Shown here in pieces: positions 34,665 to 46,093 of a stretch of 64,000 nucleotides of DNA; the first letter of the stretch is position 1, and each line of letters starts with the position of its first letter. The position numbers were made by a program, and so were the translations under genes. This stretch comes from Moniliella sp. 'wahieum' (taxonomy: Eukaryota), in the NCBI GenBank assembly GCA_003971905.1, contig RSEE01000070.1, positions 186,001-250,000 on the forward strand. Direction: 5' to 3'. Below the pieces are notes generated by a model that had not been told where the DNA came from, searched no databases, and saw only the letters and a list, made by a program, of their open reading frames with translations.

Positions 34665-37310
34665 ATGAGCGCCGTCCGTGGCGGCACCAAGCGGGTCGCC
34701 CGCCTGCCACCCAGGCTGCGCCCGCGGCACCCACTGCACCCACGGCACCCACGGCACCCACTGCACCACTGCACCCGCTCCGCCCAGACCCGCCTTCACT
34801 GGCTGGTCCCTCGTCGAAGTTCCGCTAAACCTCCTCGCAGCCTCCCATTCGAGCACTTGGTATCGCTGGAATCTACGCTCTTCAGTTTGCGCATCCCCCA
34901 GCTCCAAGCCGTCATCCGCGCTTCTCAGAGCCTTGGATACCGTATCAGCGCTAATGGTCGCAAGGCAGTCTTGATCCACGCATCATCAACGTCACTGAAC
35001 GCTTGGAAGAGATGGGGCCATCGGGCGACAATGCGATGATGTACCTTCTCAAAATGGTGGATGTCCAAATGACCTTTGACAGGGCTGTTCCTGTCACTTA
35101 CCACCCCACCACCCCGGGCTACATCCAAATCCTTGTACCCGAAGCCAGTGGACAACCAGTCACTGTCTCCCCAACCGCCACCAACATCGCCCTGGGTATT
35201 GTCTCTATAAACACTCGTCTTCCTCCTCTCCCACCCGAAACTAGGCCACCAAATCCCAGCCGTGCCCTAGCCACCTCAGTGAGAGGTTGTGAGGTGCCTG
35301 ACACAACCCACGTGTTCACTCCTCCGTCGGCCCCCCCGCCTGGCCCCATTCGCCGGACGATTCCCGCACAGTCAGGCGCCCATGTGATGCCTTGGCATAT
35401 TGATTTATCCGACATGCCCTTCAAGCCCTTTCCTCTGTTCAAGCCACTGCGCTTCCTCGCGCCGGCGGCCCGGTGCCCCCCGGCTAAGGAGCCGCGTACG
35501 GCTCGGTTCACTTCATTTTGACCGAGCCGATGGTCCGCCAAATCATGGGCGAAAATCCGACACATGTCATCTACCTCGTTTCTGCCCCTCATCGTTCGCT
35601 GTTGTACGCCGAGTACAACAAGACCAAAGCACCTGTGCTTTTTCCCTCCACTGCCGAACTCCAAATCAATAACCGCCGCACTCCGTTCTCGTTCAAGGGG
35701 AATAAGAAGCATCCAGGACAAGTTGGAATGCCTCAGCTGGCCAAGCTGGCTCCTCCTACAATAGGTTCTTCTGTGGTAACAGGCCACATCAAACCCGGCA
35801 CCAATCACGCAGAGTTTGTCTACCGATACACTGCGCGCCGAATTCGACTTAGGTCTTGTTTGGGCCGAGGTGATCCCCCCTGCCGAGATTCTCGCCACTC
35901 TCAAACCAAAGTCTTGCCCAAAGAAGAGGAGCTGAAACTGATGCGCTCCCTCGCTGATGACGACGATGTTATTACCGAGCAGTGGAAATGCCGTGACTTG
36001 TCCAGTATGTCCTTTCCCCCCCCCCATGTTTGAATGCGCGCGTCTGACGTGTGCTCGCTTTGCGCTGTCCAGCTGAGCCTTGAGCGCCTCAGTGTGCCCG
36101 CCCGGTCGTACAAGTGCACCCATACGCAATGTTTTGACCCATCGCGTTTTTGCGGTCGAATGAGGCTCGCCCAACTGGCAATGCCCCGTATGCAACAAGG
36201 TGATCGACTGGGACGATGTCCGGGTCGACGAGTATGTCCAAGAGATTATCGAGAAGCTGGATCCTAATGTGGACAGTGTAATTATCGAGCCCGATGGCCA
36301 GTGGCACTTGCCCAACCGAGATGAGATTGCCCTGGGAGACGATTCAGATGAGGAGGAGCACCCGGCAGTCGCACCGCCCAATACGTCGGCTTCTGTCGTT
36401 CCAGCAGAGCCTGGCCTGCTAGTGGGCAAGATGGACCAAGAGACCAGAGGTGCGATTGCCATTTCCACCCCCCCACGACCTTCACAAGCTCCAAGAGCAC
36501 GTCCAAGTGGGGGACGAGCGGCGTGATCGATCTGACTCTGGACGACAGCGATGAAGAAGGTCCCCCACCACCTCCGCCCCCACTTACGGTGCCACCCCCT
36601 GGTCCTATGGCTGCGCCTTCCCCTGCTGAACCGTGGCCTGTCCCTCGCCCTCCTGCTCCCACCACCGCCGCACGGCCCGACCTCGACCCGATTCAAACGC
36701 ACAGCCCATCTCCTGCGCTGGGATCTACGGCCGCAGCTACCGCAGCCACGTGCGCCCACCATGCAGGGTCAAAAGCGATCTAACGACTCGGACCCGTCCG
36801 AAATCCGTCGGTCCTCACCCGCCCAAGCGGCCGCGCCCCACCATCGCCACCACACCAGACACAGCTTCAGCGTCCCCTCCTAACCCGCCAATGGGGCCTG
36901 CTGACCAGCAAGCTCAACCCGGACCTTGGACCGCTCCTCGGACCGCAGGCCCCAGTCCCCTCGTACGCCTCCATCTAGGGAACCGAGCTTACGCCCGCCA
37001 GTCACCCCACCACGAGGCCTCGATCTTCCTGGCTCGCGATCGGGATCGGGCTCCTATCCATCTGCTGCGTCTTCGTCACGCGTGCCGTCCGCGCAGTCGG
37101 GGACGACAAGGCCCTTCCACCCTTGGTGGTCCGGCTTTCCGCCCCGCGCCTCCGCCTCCCCCCCGCACCCGCCCGCACGAACCAGGAGTCGCAATCGGCG
37201 CGCCCCCGCTCTCACAAGGATCTATCCAGTTACCCGATGGGACCGAGATTGAGACCGAGATGCTCGCTCCGTTTTTGACGGACGACTATGATTCGTTGGA
37301 TGACTTGTGA
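34665..37310 (+). CDS. SIZ1: Siz/PIAS SUMO E3 ligase (SAP-like, PINIT, SP-RING, SIM)
   Basis: LRIPQLQAVI...SANGRKAVLI, FKPFPLFKPL, FPSTAELQINN...KGNKKHPG, RLSVPARSYKCTHTQCFD...WQCPVCNK...VDEYVQEII, SIM VIDLTLDDSDEE. Confidence 0.88.
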
Positions 37311-38555
37311 GGGAACGTCTGGCGCCGGCGCCGGCGCTGGGTGCGCCGATCGCGGTGGTGAGCGTGTGGATGGTGGATGGGGTGGATGAACGGGCCACCT
37401 CCCGCGCGTGTGTGACTCCGTCCTGTCGCTCGTACCGTTCGTTGTAGTACCGCCAGGATGTGGTCTTGGGTCGCCTGGGTCACCCCATGCATTTCCTCCC
37501 CTTATCGGTTCTCCTTGTACCTTTGGACTGCTTGGGCCAACGAGCCCAGCGGGTATACATAAGCAGAGTTACTTCGTCGTGTATACAGCTTGTACAAGTG
37601 ATGCTTACATCCGTCCGTGTTCAGGTCCTTGCGCTGCCTGCTTTGCAGCACCCGGTCTTACCTCTCTGATGTGGCGGCCATACATTGATACATTGAGTGA
37701 GTAGGAACGTTGGAATCCGTTCCCGAACACTTGGCAGTCATCTAGTCACGTAGTCATCGACCATCAGCCAACCGCGCAACCTACCCTTCGCCTCCCGGCG
37801 GCACCGCTTGCGGCACCGCCGATGACGTATCCTATATCCGTCCGCCTACGCTCTGTGGTATAGTATGTTGTTGGCAGATTCAGGTCCCCTCGGCAACAGT
37901 ATACGACACGCATAGTAGTACTAGCAGGGCCTATTATAGGGTTTCATCCTGTGTTCCCGTTCCTGACTCCCCCATCAACGCCTCAGCGCCACAGCGCCTC
38001 AGCGCCTCAGCCTAGATGGGCCGCAACCTGGACCGTCTCTGTTGCCACTCGTAGGCGCCAAGAGGAGGGAGGGGAGTGGGGGGGGGTAAGGCCACCAAGG
38101 TGAAGTCTGACATCTGTTGAGAGGTGGGATGATCGGTTGGCTGGGTAGTGGGCGGAGCGGGGAAGTGCGAAGGATGAGGAAGCTGGCAGCTGCGCCAGGA
38201 GATTGCAGGGTCCCTTTGCTTATCTCTCGGGCCAACGGCAGGAGAAAAGCCACAGGGCGCAGGAGAAGTGCCTGGGTGCGCTGCTGTCCTGCCTGGGCCC
38301 TGCCACCAGCCACGCCAGCGCACAGCGGCAGTGTCTACGCCGATTCCTATCTCCAATCTGGTAATAGTCAATTGGCCACGCCCAGCCAGGTTGCTCCGCC
38401 ACACCGCTGCCCTTCTCCGCTGCCAGGCACACCACACGCCCATGGGGCGTAGCCTGGCGTAGCAGCTCCTCGCGTCTGTCGCTCTGGTTCTGTCGAATGC
38501 CACCACCACCACTCTGCCTTCTACCGCAGCCTCTCTCCCCCCCGTGGCACACCCC

Positions 38556-40561
38556 ATGGGTCTCTACAAGCACCTCGCCTGGCTCGAGGTCAAGGGCACC
38601 GACCCCACCAGCGGCTTTCTCTACAACAACAACCTTGCCCCCGTCCCCCCCCACAAGCGCAAGTGGACCGCATGGACCTTTTTCATCTTTTGGTGGAGCT
38701 CCGGTGTGTCTTTTGCCATCTCCTCTACTTGTCTGGCGCCTCCTGACCTCCCTTCCTCTTCTTTAATTTCTCCAGGCTGCAACATCTCCACCCTTCAGCT
38801 GGCCACAACCGGCATGATCCTCGGCCTGACGTGGTGGCAAGCCTTTCTCGCCGTCTTTGTAGGGTTTGAGTTTGTGGGCATGTTTGTGGTGCTCAATTCG
38901 CATGGCGGCTGTCTACCACATCGGGTTCCCCGTATCGATGCGTACCTGCTTTGGCCTGTTTGGGGGCTTCCTTCCGATCTGCGAGCGTCTGTTGATGGGC
39001 TGTGTGTGGCAAGGTGTGCAAGCGTGGTTAGGTGGGCTCTGTGTCGATTTGATGATCCGCTCCATCTGGCCCTCCTTTGGCCACCTGCACGATACACTTC
39101 ACAACCCGTATATCAACACGGAACAGTTGGTCTCGTTTATCATCTTTGTCTTTTTCAATGCGTTGATGATGCTTCCCTCGCCGCAAAAAATTCGCTACCT
39201 CTTCCAGGTCAAGGTGGTGGTCATTCCCATCGCCCTCTTCTCTCTGCTGGGTTGGATGTGCGGAGGCGCAGACGCACACCAACTGTCCATGGCCTTGCAG
39301 GCCAAGGGCAAGTTGCATGGAAGCAAACTTGCTTGGGTATGGTTGTCCACCTGCACTTCCAGCTTGGGTAACATGTAAGTTGTGTGCCTCCCAAGGTCTT
39401 GGTGTGGTACCATTGAACTAACCCTTTCTTCTCATTTTTTCTCAGGGCTACACTGGTGGGTACAGCTCCTTCCCATTTCCCTCCTGCCCCTCTTGCCCGT
39501 TGGAGGCTGTACTGACTTCATTTCTTCCCCACTCCTCCTATGTGCAGATCTGCAACGCTTCCGATTTTGCTCGCATGGCCAACAAGCCCTCTGCTGTCAT
39601 CTGGCCGCAAATGGCCGGGGTGACATTCACGTACCTGATCACGACCTTGGTTGGTGTGCTGATAGCTGTGGCGGCGCAAGTCAAATTTGACCAACAAATT
39701 TGGACGCCGATTGACGCTATGAAGTACCAGCTGGACTCCAATCCACACCACTCTACCACCCGCGCCGGGGTATTCTTTATCGCTCTCGGCTGGGCCATCA
39801 TCACATTGGGTGTCAATGTCAGTGCCAATTCCATCTCGACCGGATCGGACTTGACGGCGCTCTTGCCTCGGTGGATCAACATTCGTCGTGGTCAATTCGT
39901 TGCGCTGATCGTGGGCACCGTATACAATCCTTGGATTGTGCTCAACTCGACTAGCAACTTTACCACGGTCATCTCCTCCTTTGCTGTGTTCCTTTCGAGT
40001 TGTGCCGGGGTCCAATTTGCCGACTACTTTTTCGTCGCCCGAGGCTTTGTTCATATCCCTTCGCTGTACCATATCCACCTGCCCAACGGACACAAGTCAC
40101 GCTACTACCACTTTTACGGCATCTCGCTCAAAGCGTTTGCCAGCTACTTTGCCGGCGTCGCCGTCAACTTGCCTGGGTTCATCGGCGTGTGTCGGAGCAA
40201 GTACGTCTCGACGGGCATCCAGCATGAGTTCACCTTGGCCTACTTGGTTGGCTTTTTGATCTCGTTTGTCGTCTACCTCTTGCTCCACATCCCGTTCTTT
40301 TGGAGCCACTACCGCTCCAAAACCCCGTTGGGATGGTACGAACCCCCGGATGGATCTTGGGAGGCTCACGATTGGTCCGCCCCCGTGCGCGAAATTGTTG
40401 CTGAAGATCGACATTGGGGGGCGGGGGAGCACCCACCCGTACCTCCCCCCTCTCGACCGGACCATGTGTCCGACTCCACCCCCGATCCCGATCCCGATCA
40501 CAAATCTGTTCACTTGGGCGACGAGGAAAAGGCGCCGGCGCACACGACCATGCTGTACTGA
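38556..40561 (+). CDS. NCS1 nucleobase:cation symporter (Fur4/Dal4-like uracil/allantoin permease)
   Basis: NNNLAPVPPHKRKWT, LGLTWWQA, YHIGFPVSMRTCFGLFG, NMATLICNASDFAR (via a 10-nt microexon), GVNVSANSISTGSDLTALLPRWINIRRGQ, NPW. Introns ~38704-38775, 39375-39445 and 39456-39547. Confidence 0.93.
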
Positions 40562-42848
40562 GCCTGAGCGCTCAACTGAGCACTGATTTTTCCTTGGTGG
40601 GTTTCCTCCTCGTGCCCTTCCGCCTTCCGCCTTCCGCATTCTCTTCTGCCATTGCAACAGGTCGATGAAGCGATCTTTTTCCCCCTTCCTTTCTCCTCCA
40701 CCCTGAGTTTCTCAGGGATGACGTCGGACACCCTCCCCCCCCCTTCCTCCCATATCTTTACGACCAGCCATGATGCCATGAACGTGCGACGAGCAACGTT
40801 GAACGTTGAACGTGCAAGTTAAAGTGAACGTTGATGGGGAACGTGTTGAGTTGCGCCACTCCCATTTTTGTTTCTTGGGTTTTGGCCCTCTCTCATTTCC
40901 ATACTCGCGTACGTGCCATCGGTGCTCGCCGCGCCCCCCTTTCGTACATGCTTTCTCCTCGAAACAGATCTTGGCATTCCCTCGCGCCGGCCTCGCGCTC
41001 GTTTGTGATCTGATCGACCATCGAGCATCGAGCCTCGGCACCGTGACCACATGCTCCTTGACTCCCGCCCATGTGGACTTAGTTGTTGCGGCAGTATAGC
41101 TATAGTCTCTGGTGTGTGGGGTGTGTCGGAGACAGCGTGACATGTGAGATCTGAGATGTGATGCATGTGAGATGTGAGAAAAACGACACAAAAAAGCTGA
41201 AGGCTCTGTGTACAGCATGCAATGCTGTGTGCTGTCCATTGTTGTGTGCCATGAGCGCCTGTTCTGCAGGTCGAGCATACTGAGTACTGAGCAAGGCTGC
41301 GCTGCGCGAACGGCGTGTCAAAACACGATGGCCTGTTGCCGTGCGGGGGACAGAGGCCCGAAGGTAGCCGGTCCCTGCCTTTGCGGTTGTAGATGCCGGC
41401 GGGAAGGTTAACCGGCATTGTTATGGGCGAGCACAGAGAGTTTAGTTCGTTTGTTGGCCACACATGTGTTTTCCATTTTCCCTAGATTCTCACGCTCATG
41501 CAGATGCAGATCACGAGCATGACAGCTGCCCGGCATGAGAAGGCGCGCTCAGCGCGTTCAGCGCGGTTCAGTACGCAGGATCACCGTACTCTCAGCCGTG
41601 GTTGCTGAGCAGGTCCCCGGGCTGAGGCGCTGAGGGTTCCGACGTTCCAACATGCAGTGTTCAACGTTCAAAGTAAAACCGGCGTTCGCCAAGGCCATTT
41701 TAGATGGCACTTCTCTCCCTATGTCCTTGGGACGAGTTCATTAGAAGTTCGGCGCTCGGCTCTCCTCGCTCGGGTACGCGGGTACGCGTTATGCAGTCGG
41801 ATTGTTGACGGGTGGATGTGGATACAATGTGGAGATGGACGTTTCTTCTGTGGGGTAGATACAGGAGTTACGTGGTTACACGATTGCACTTTATTGTGTT
41901 GCACTGGTTCGGTAACTCGTTCTGCACTGGTTCCGGCTACTCGCTCATGCACTGACGTTTGGCCGAGGGGCGCGGGCGGAGAGAGGTCTGAGATCTGAGA
42001 GTATACGCAGCTCCCGGTGGACCGTATCCGGTGGTGACTGGCTGTGGCTTGTGCCGGGCTGGGATTGAATAGTGAGCTCTGAGCGTGTTGGAAGGACAGT
42101 GTGAAAAGGGAGCGAGTGTCGGTGCACAGCTGGCCTACGAACAGCATGGATATTGGCTCTGACTGAGGGCGTGAGCGCTGAGACGCTGGTTCATGGCCCG
42201 ATGGGTCACAGCAATGACAGACACGCAATGCGGCGATGTGGTGAAATGAGGGGTGATATAGATGTGTGGTGGTGGTGTGGAGGGCGTGTGGAGGCCATGG
42301 GAGAGGCATGGGCATCGCATGGACGGCTGAATGCATCGGGCGATCGGCGGCAGAAGAGCAGAGCAGGGACAACAGCAGCGTGCCTGCCCGTGTGGGCTGC
42401 AAGGGGCAGGCGCGGCGCAGGCCAGGCCCAGCGCCAGCCAACGCCACACTGCTTGTCCTGCGACCGACCCACCGCCGGCATCACCCATCCCCTGCACAGC
42501 TCAGGCCCAGGCGCTCAGGTTGGCTGACCCCGTGCGCCATGCGCTGCAGTGCCCCTGCGCAGCGCTCTGGCTCAGCATGCATCATGCATCTCTCCATCCA
42601 CCACCTGTTGCTGCCCAGCACACACAGATGGCGCCCGATGGCACTCTGAGTCAAGCACCCGCGTCGTACCCAGCCCACCCGCCAACCCCGCGTGCAGACA
42701 CGGCCCATTTATAACGCCCCTGCGCCCCCCTGCGCCACACACCATCCCCGCTCATCCTCCCTCTCCTCTTCTCCTCTCCTCTTCCGCACCCCCACCACCA
42801 CCAACGCCCCCCCCCACCTCTGCCCTTGACTGCTACCACACGACCAGC

Positions 42849-43098
42849 ATGACTGCCTGCACCTTCATCATCAACAAGCGTACGTCTTGATTCGCTTCCC
42901 ATTCTCCCCTGCATGCCTTTTGGCGCTGGTCCGTCGGCTCACCTATTGCTTTTCTCCTCTTCTTTTTCTCCAGCCCCCGTCAACATGGCGCTGGGCCCGT
43001 ACGTGCGCTGCCCATACTGCGACAACATCATTGTCCGCCTCAACGAATGCACCTCCTGTCACCACTCCCTCATTGGCGTACGTTGCCTCGAGCCGTAA
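42849..43098 (+). CDS. Predicted spliced 51-aa Cys-rich (CxxC-x9-CxxC) microprotein
   Basis: ATG 42849; intron GTACGT(42880)...GCTCAC...TTCTCCAG(42973); spliced product MTACTFIINKPPVNMALGPYVRCPYCDNIIVRLNECTSCHHSLIGVRCLEP-stop. Strongly C-ending codons. TTTATAA at ~42708 followed by a CT-rich tract. Confidence 0.6.
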
Positions 43099-46093
43099 GG
43101 TGAACAGAGGTGCATGGGTGTGTGTGTACCAGCGGCGCCCCGTCACTCTTCGCAGTTGGATGTTCATGCGCGCTTTGTCGTGATGCGCCGCGGTCCGACC
43201 CCCCGCCCCACCCCCTGTGCTACAAGTACAACTGCAATAACGTCTACGCCACCCTCCCCTGTTCCTTCTGTTTCTCTTGTTCTTTTGTTCGTTTGGCGCT
43301 TGAACATGAACGCCCCCTCGCCTCCGCCCGCTGCATATCATCCCCCTCGGACGCTTTACCCTTCCTACCCAAAGGGTTCAAAAACGCCAACGACTTCGCT
43401 CAACGTTCAACCTTTCCACTGCATCTGCATCTGCATACCCCCTCCCCTGCCCTGCCCTACCTGAATCCAACTTGTTGTTCTCCCCGTTGACCTGCCTCTG
43501 CCCCTCTTCGGCGACGATGCCATTGCCCACACTCGTTTGTTCCCTCTTCTGCTGCCTTTGCTGGTTTTGCAAGGTGGGTGGCCATAAACGTAATGTTAAA
43601 CCTGGCCTCGACCTAATCAACCGACCTTTCTGGTTGTCTCCGCTTAAGCCTCAGGGTCTTGTCCATCGAGACAGGCAGTACGGTAGGACAAGGGTGTAGC
43701 GCACCATAGATCAGCGCATTTCGAGATCAGTGCTCTGTACTCAGTCAGGAAAGGGATCAGGTGCGGATCACCGATCCTCAGACCCACCAGGTGCCTCTAT
43801 TGGATGGGAGCGACGTGCTTTTCTTAGTTCTGCCATCTGGCCCGGATGTGGCACGAGTTGGGAGGACTTATCGATTATCCCGGGTCTACTGAATGAATCC
43901 ATTTTGACATTGTCGTGTGCATATTCACGTGGAGCCAGCCGCGGCCCCACAGGCCAAGACAGACAGCCAGCAGACCATATATATACACGCACAGCTCCCT
44001 AGTGCTTCCCCCCCTCTCTGGAGATATATGGCTGGCTGCGCTGGTCCCGTTCGCAAGCGGCTTGACATGTGAGCGCATGTGAGCATGTCAGCTTCAGGCC
44101 CTCAGCCTCCGTCCCAATCTCGACCCAGTCTGGGTTGGTTACCTCGCGAAAATAGCCGACTCGGCAGGTACCGTAGTATATTCACCGTACTCAGTCGCAG
44201 TCCTCACCCATCTCCATCAATGAACATGTCCCAGAGCCACAACGCATTTTGCAACCAACACAAACCCCGCCGATTCTCAACTGGCGCCAACCCGCGCTCG
44301 TTGAAAAAAGACGGGGTTTTAGTGGTCGGTCCCTGTGGCTTGTGGCTTGAAGCTTGAAGCTTGAGCGCGAGCCTGCTGAAGCTCTTGAAGCTCTTGAAGC
44401 GTGAACGGTGAATGGCGCTTCGACCCTTTGCTATTACGAAAGTAGGAACACTGTGCATCAACTCCGATCTGCAGACCGCTCCGCCCGACTTGAAGCTTGA
44501 CGCGCGGAGCTGAGCCGAGCAAAGCAACAGCAACATGGGGCTGGTATATGACGTTGAGCTCAACGCTGAGGCTCAGCGCTCACTGAGCTAGCAATATGCG
44601 CTCCGTGGCGCATCCCCCACCTGCTTTCGACGGGCTCGTCTCTCCATTTGTTCTGACAACGGTGTGAAGAAGCGGGGCAGAGATCCGACGGGCATCGAGC
44701 TGGGGTTCGATAATGGATGACTCGATGACTGCAGACAAGCTCAGGGGCTTAGCGGTAGATGGTAATAGACTTTAGCTATTAGGCGTTACGCGTTACGCGT
44801 AGCATCCACGGGTTCTCAAAAGTAGCCGCGCCAGTGCCGCGCCAATGCTGCGCAATAGTCTCTTCTCCGCACGGTGCCTGCTGCCTGACACATGGGCTCA
44901 GGCAGTAGCAACACAAAAAGATGCACACAACTGCTGTTGGGTGAGATGAAGTGATTCTCTGTACACAGTACGGAGGGACTCAATAGCAGTAAGACCCTCT
45001 CCTCATACTCCAAGCAAGACCCTCTCCCCCATACTCCGAAAGGCTTCCCCTGTGAGCCTAGGGCCTAACGGCAGCTCTGTACCACCGATCTCGAGCCGGA
45101 ACAGCTTCCGTGCTGGCAGGGCAAGGGCTTGCAGGGACTGAAAACTCGGGGCAACAACAGTACGTGGTGAGTGCTGGGAGTTGGAAGTTGAACGTTGACC
45201 TAATAAGGCCTAAGGTGCCTCGGTTGGGGTGGGAGCACCGGAAAGTATCCGCCCGTATGGAACCGAACCCAACTAGAACAACACACACATCTCCGGCGCG
45301 CGTCGGTGGGACAGAATATTCTGCCAGGGGCTCAGAGCCCCGACCGGTTTCGTATTGTGTGCTTACAGCTTTTTGACATGTTTTACTGGGCGAGGGAGAA
45401 ACGTGGAAGCTCTTGAGCGAGAAGCACCACATCTCGGCTTCGTTCCTTGGTCCCAATAATCGTTGGAGTGTGAGTGTTGGCGCGACCTTCTTTTTTCTCT
45501 TTTTTTCGCTCTGATGCGGATGCTCTATGCGGGGGTGGGACGTGGAGGTGAGACAGGCCCCACGGATGTGCGCCACCGGCTGGGGGGTGGGTTTACATTT
45601 CAAGTGTTCCAAGCGATGGTCGTCCCATCACGTGATGCCTGAAGGCAGGATCGGTGCAATACGTGCCAATTGAAACTTGAAGTCGGAAAGTTGAACGTTG
45701 ACGGGTGGCCCTTGCATGTGTTGAACGTTTGAACGTTGAACGTTGAACGTACATTGAATGCTGGAGGCGAGGGAAAGTGTTACGTAAGAGCATCGGCTGG
45801 TGGATGCCTCCACGTGTGGGTGGGGGCGGGGGCAGGAGGGCTGTGTGGACGTGGCGGGCGAGGCTGGCAGGAGAGCAGAGGGTGGGAACAGATGCGGCTG
45901 CTCATCTGCTGTCCCCCGCCGCCTCGTCCTGCTGGTTGCTGCCTGGCCACCGCGAGCCACTCGCCTCCCGCATCTCCACCCGCACCGTCGCCATCGCCAC
46001 CACCACCACCACCACCACCACCGCTCCCTCCACCACCACCCTCCCCATCGTCCACACCAGCCCCCGCCGCTGTGCTGCTCCCGCTTGCCTGCC

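Noticed and set aside
37700..39550. TPP riboswitch at the NCS1 permease
   Set aside because: I found no CTGAGA-containing aptamer core upstream of the gene or in its introns.
43080..43098. Microprotein as a CaaX mating-pheromone precursor
   Set aside because: CLEP is a poor prenylation motif, no pheromone receptor is in the window, and the twin CxxC pattern favours metal binding.
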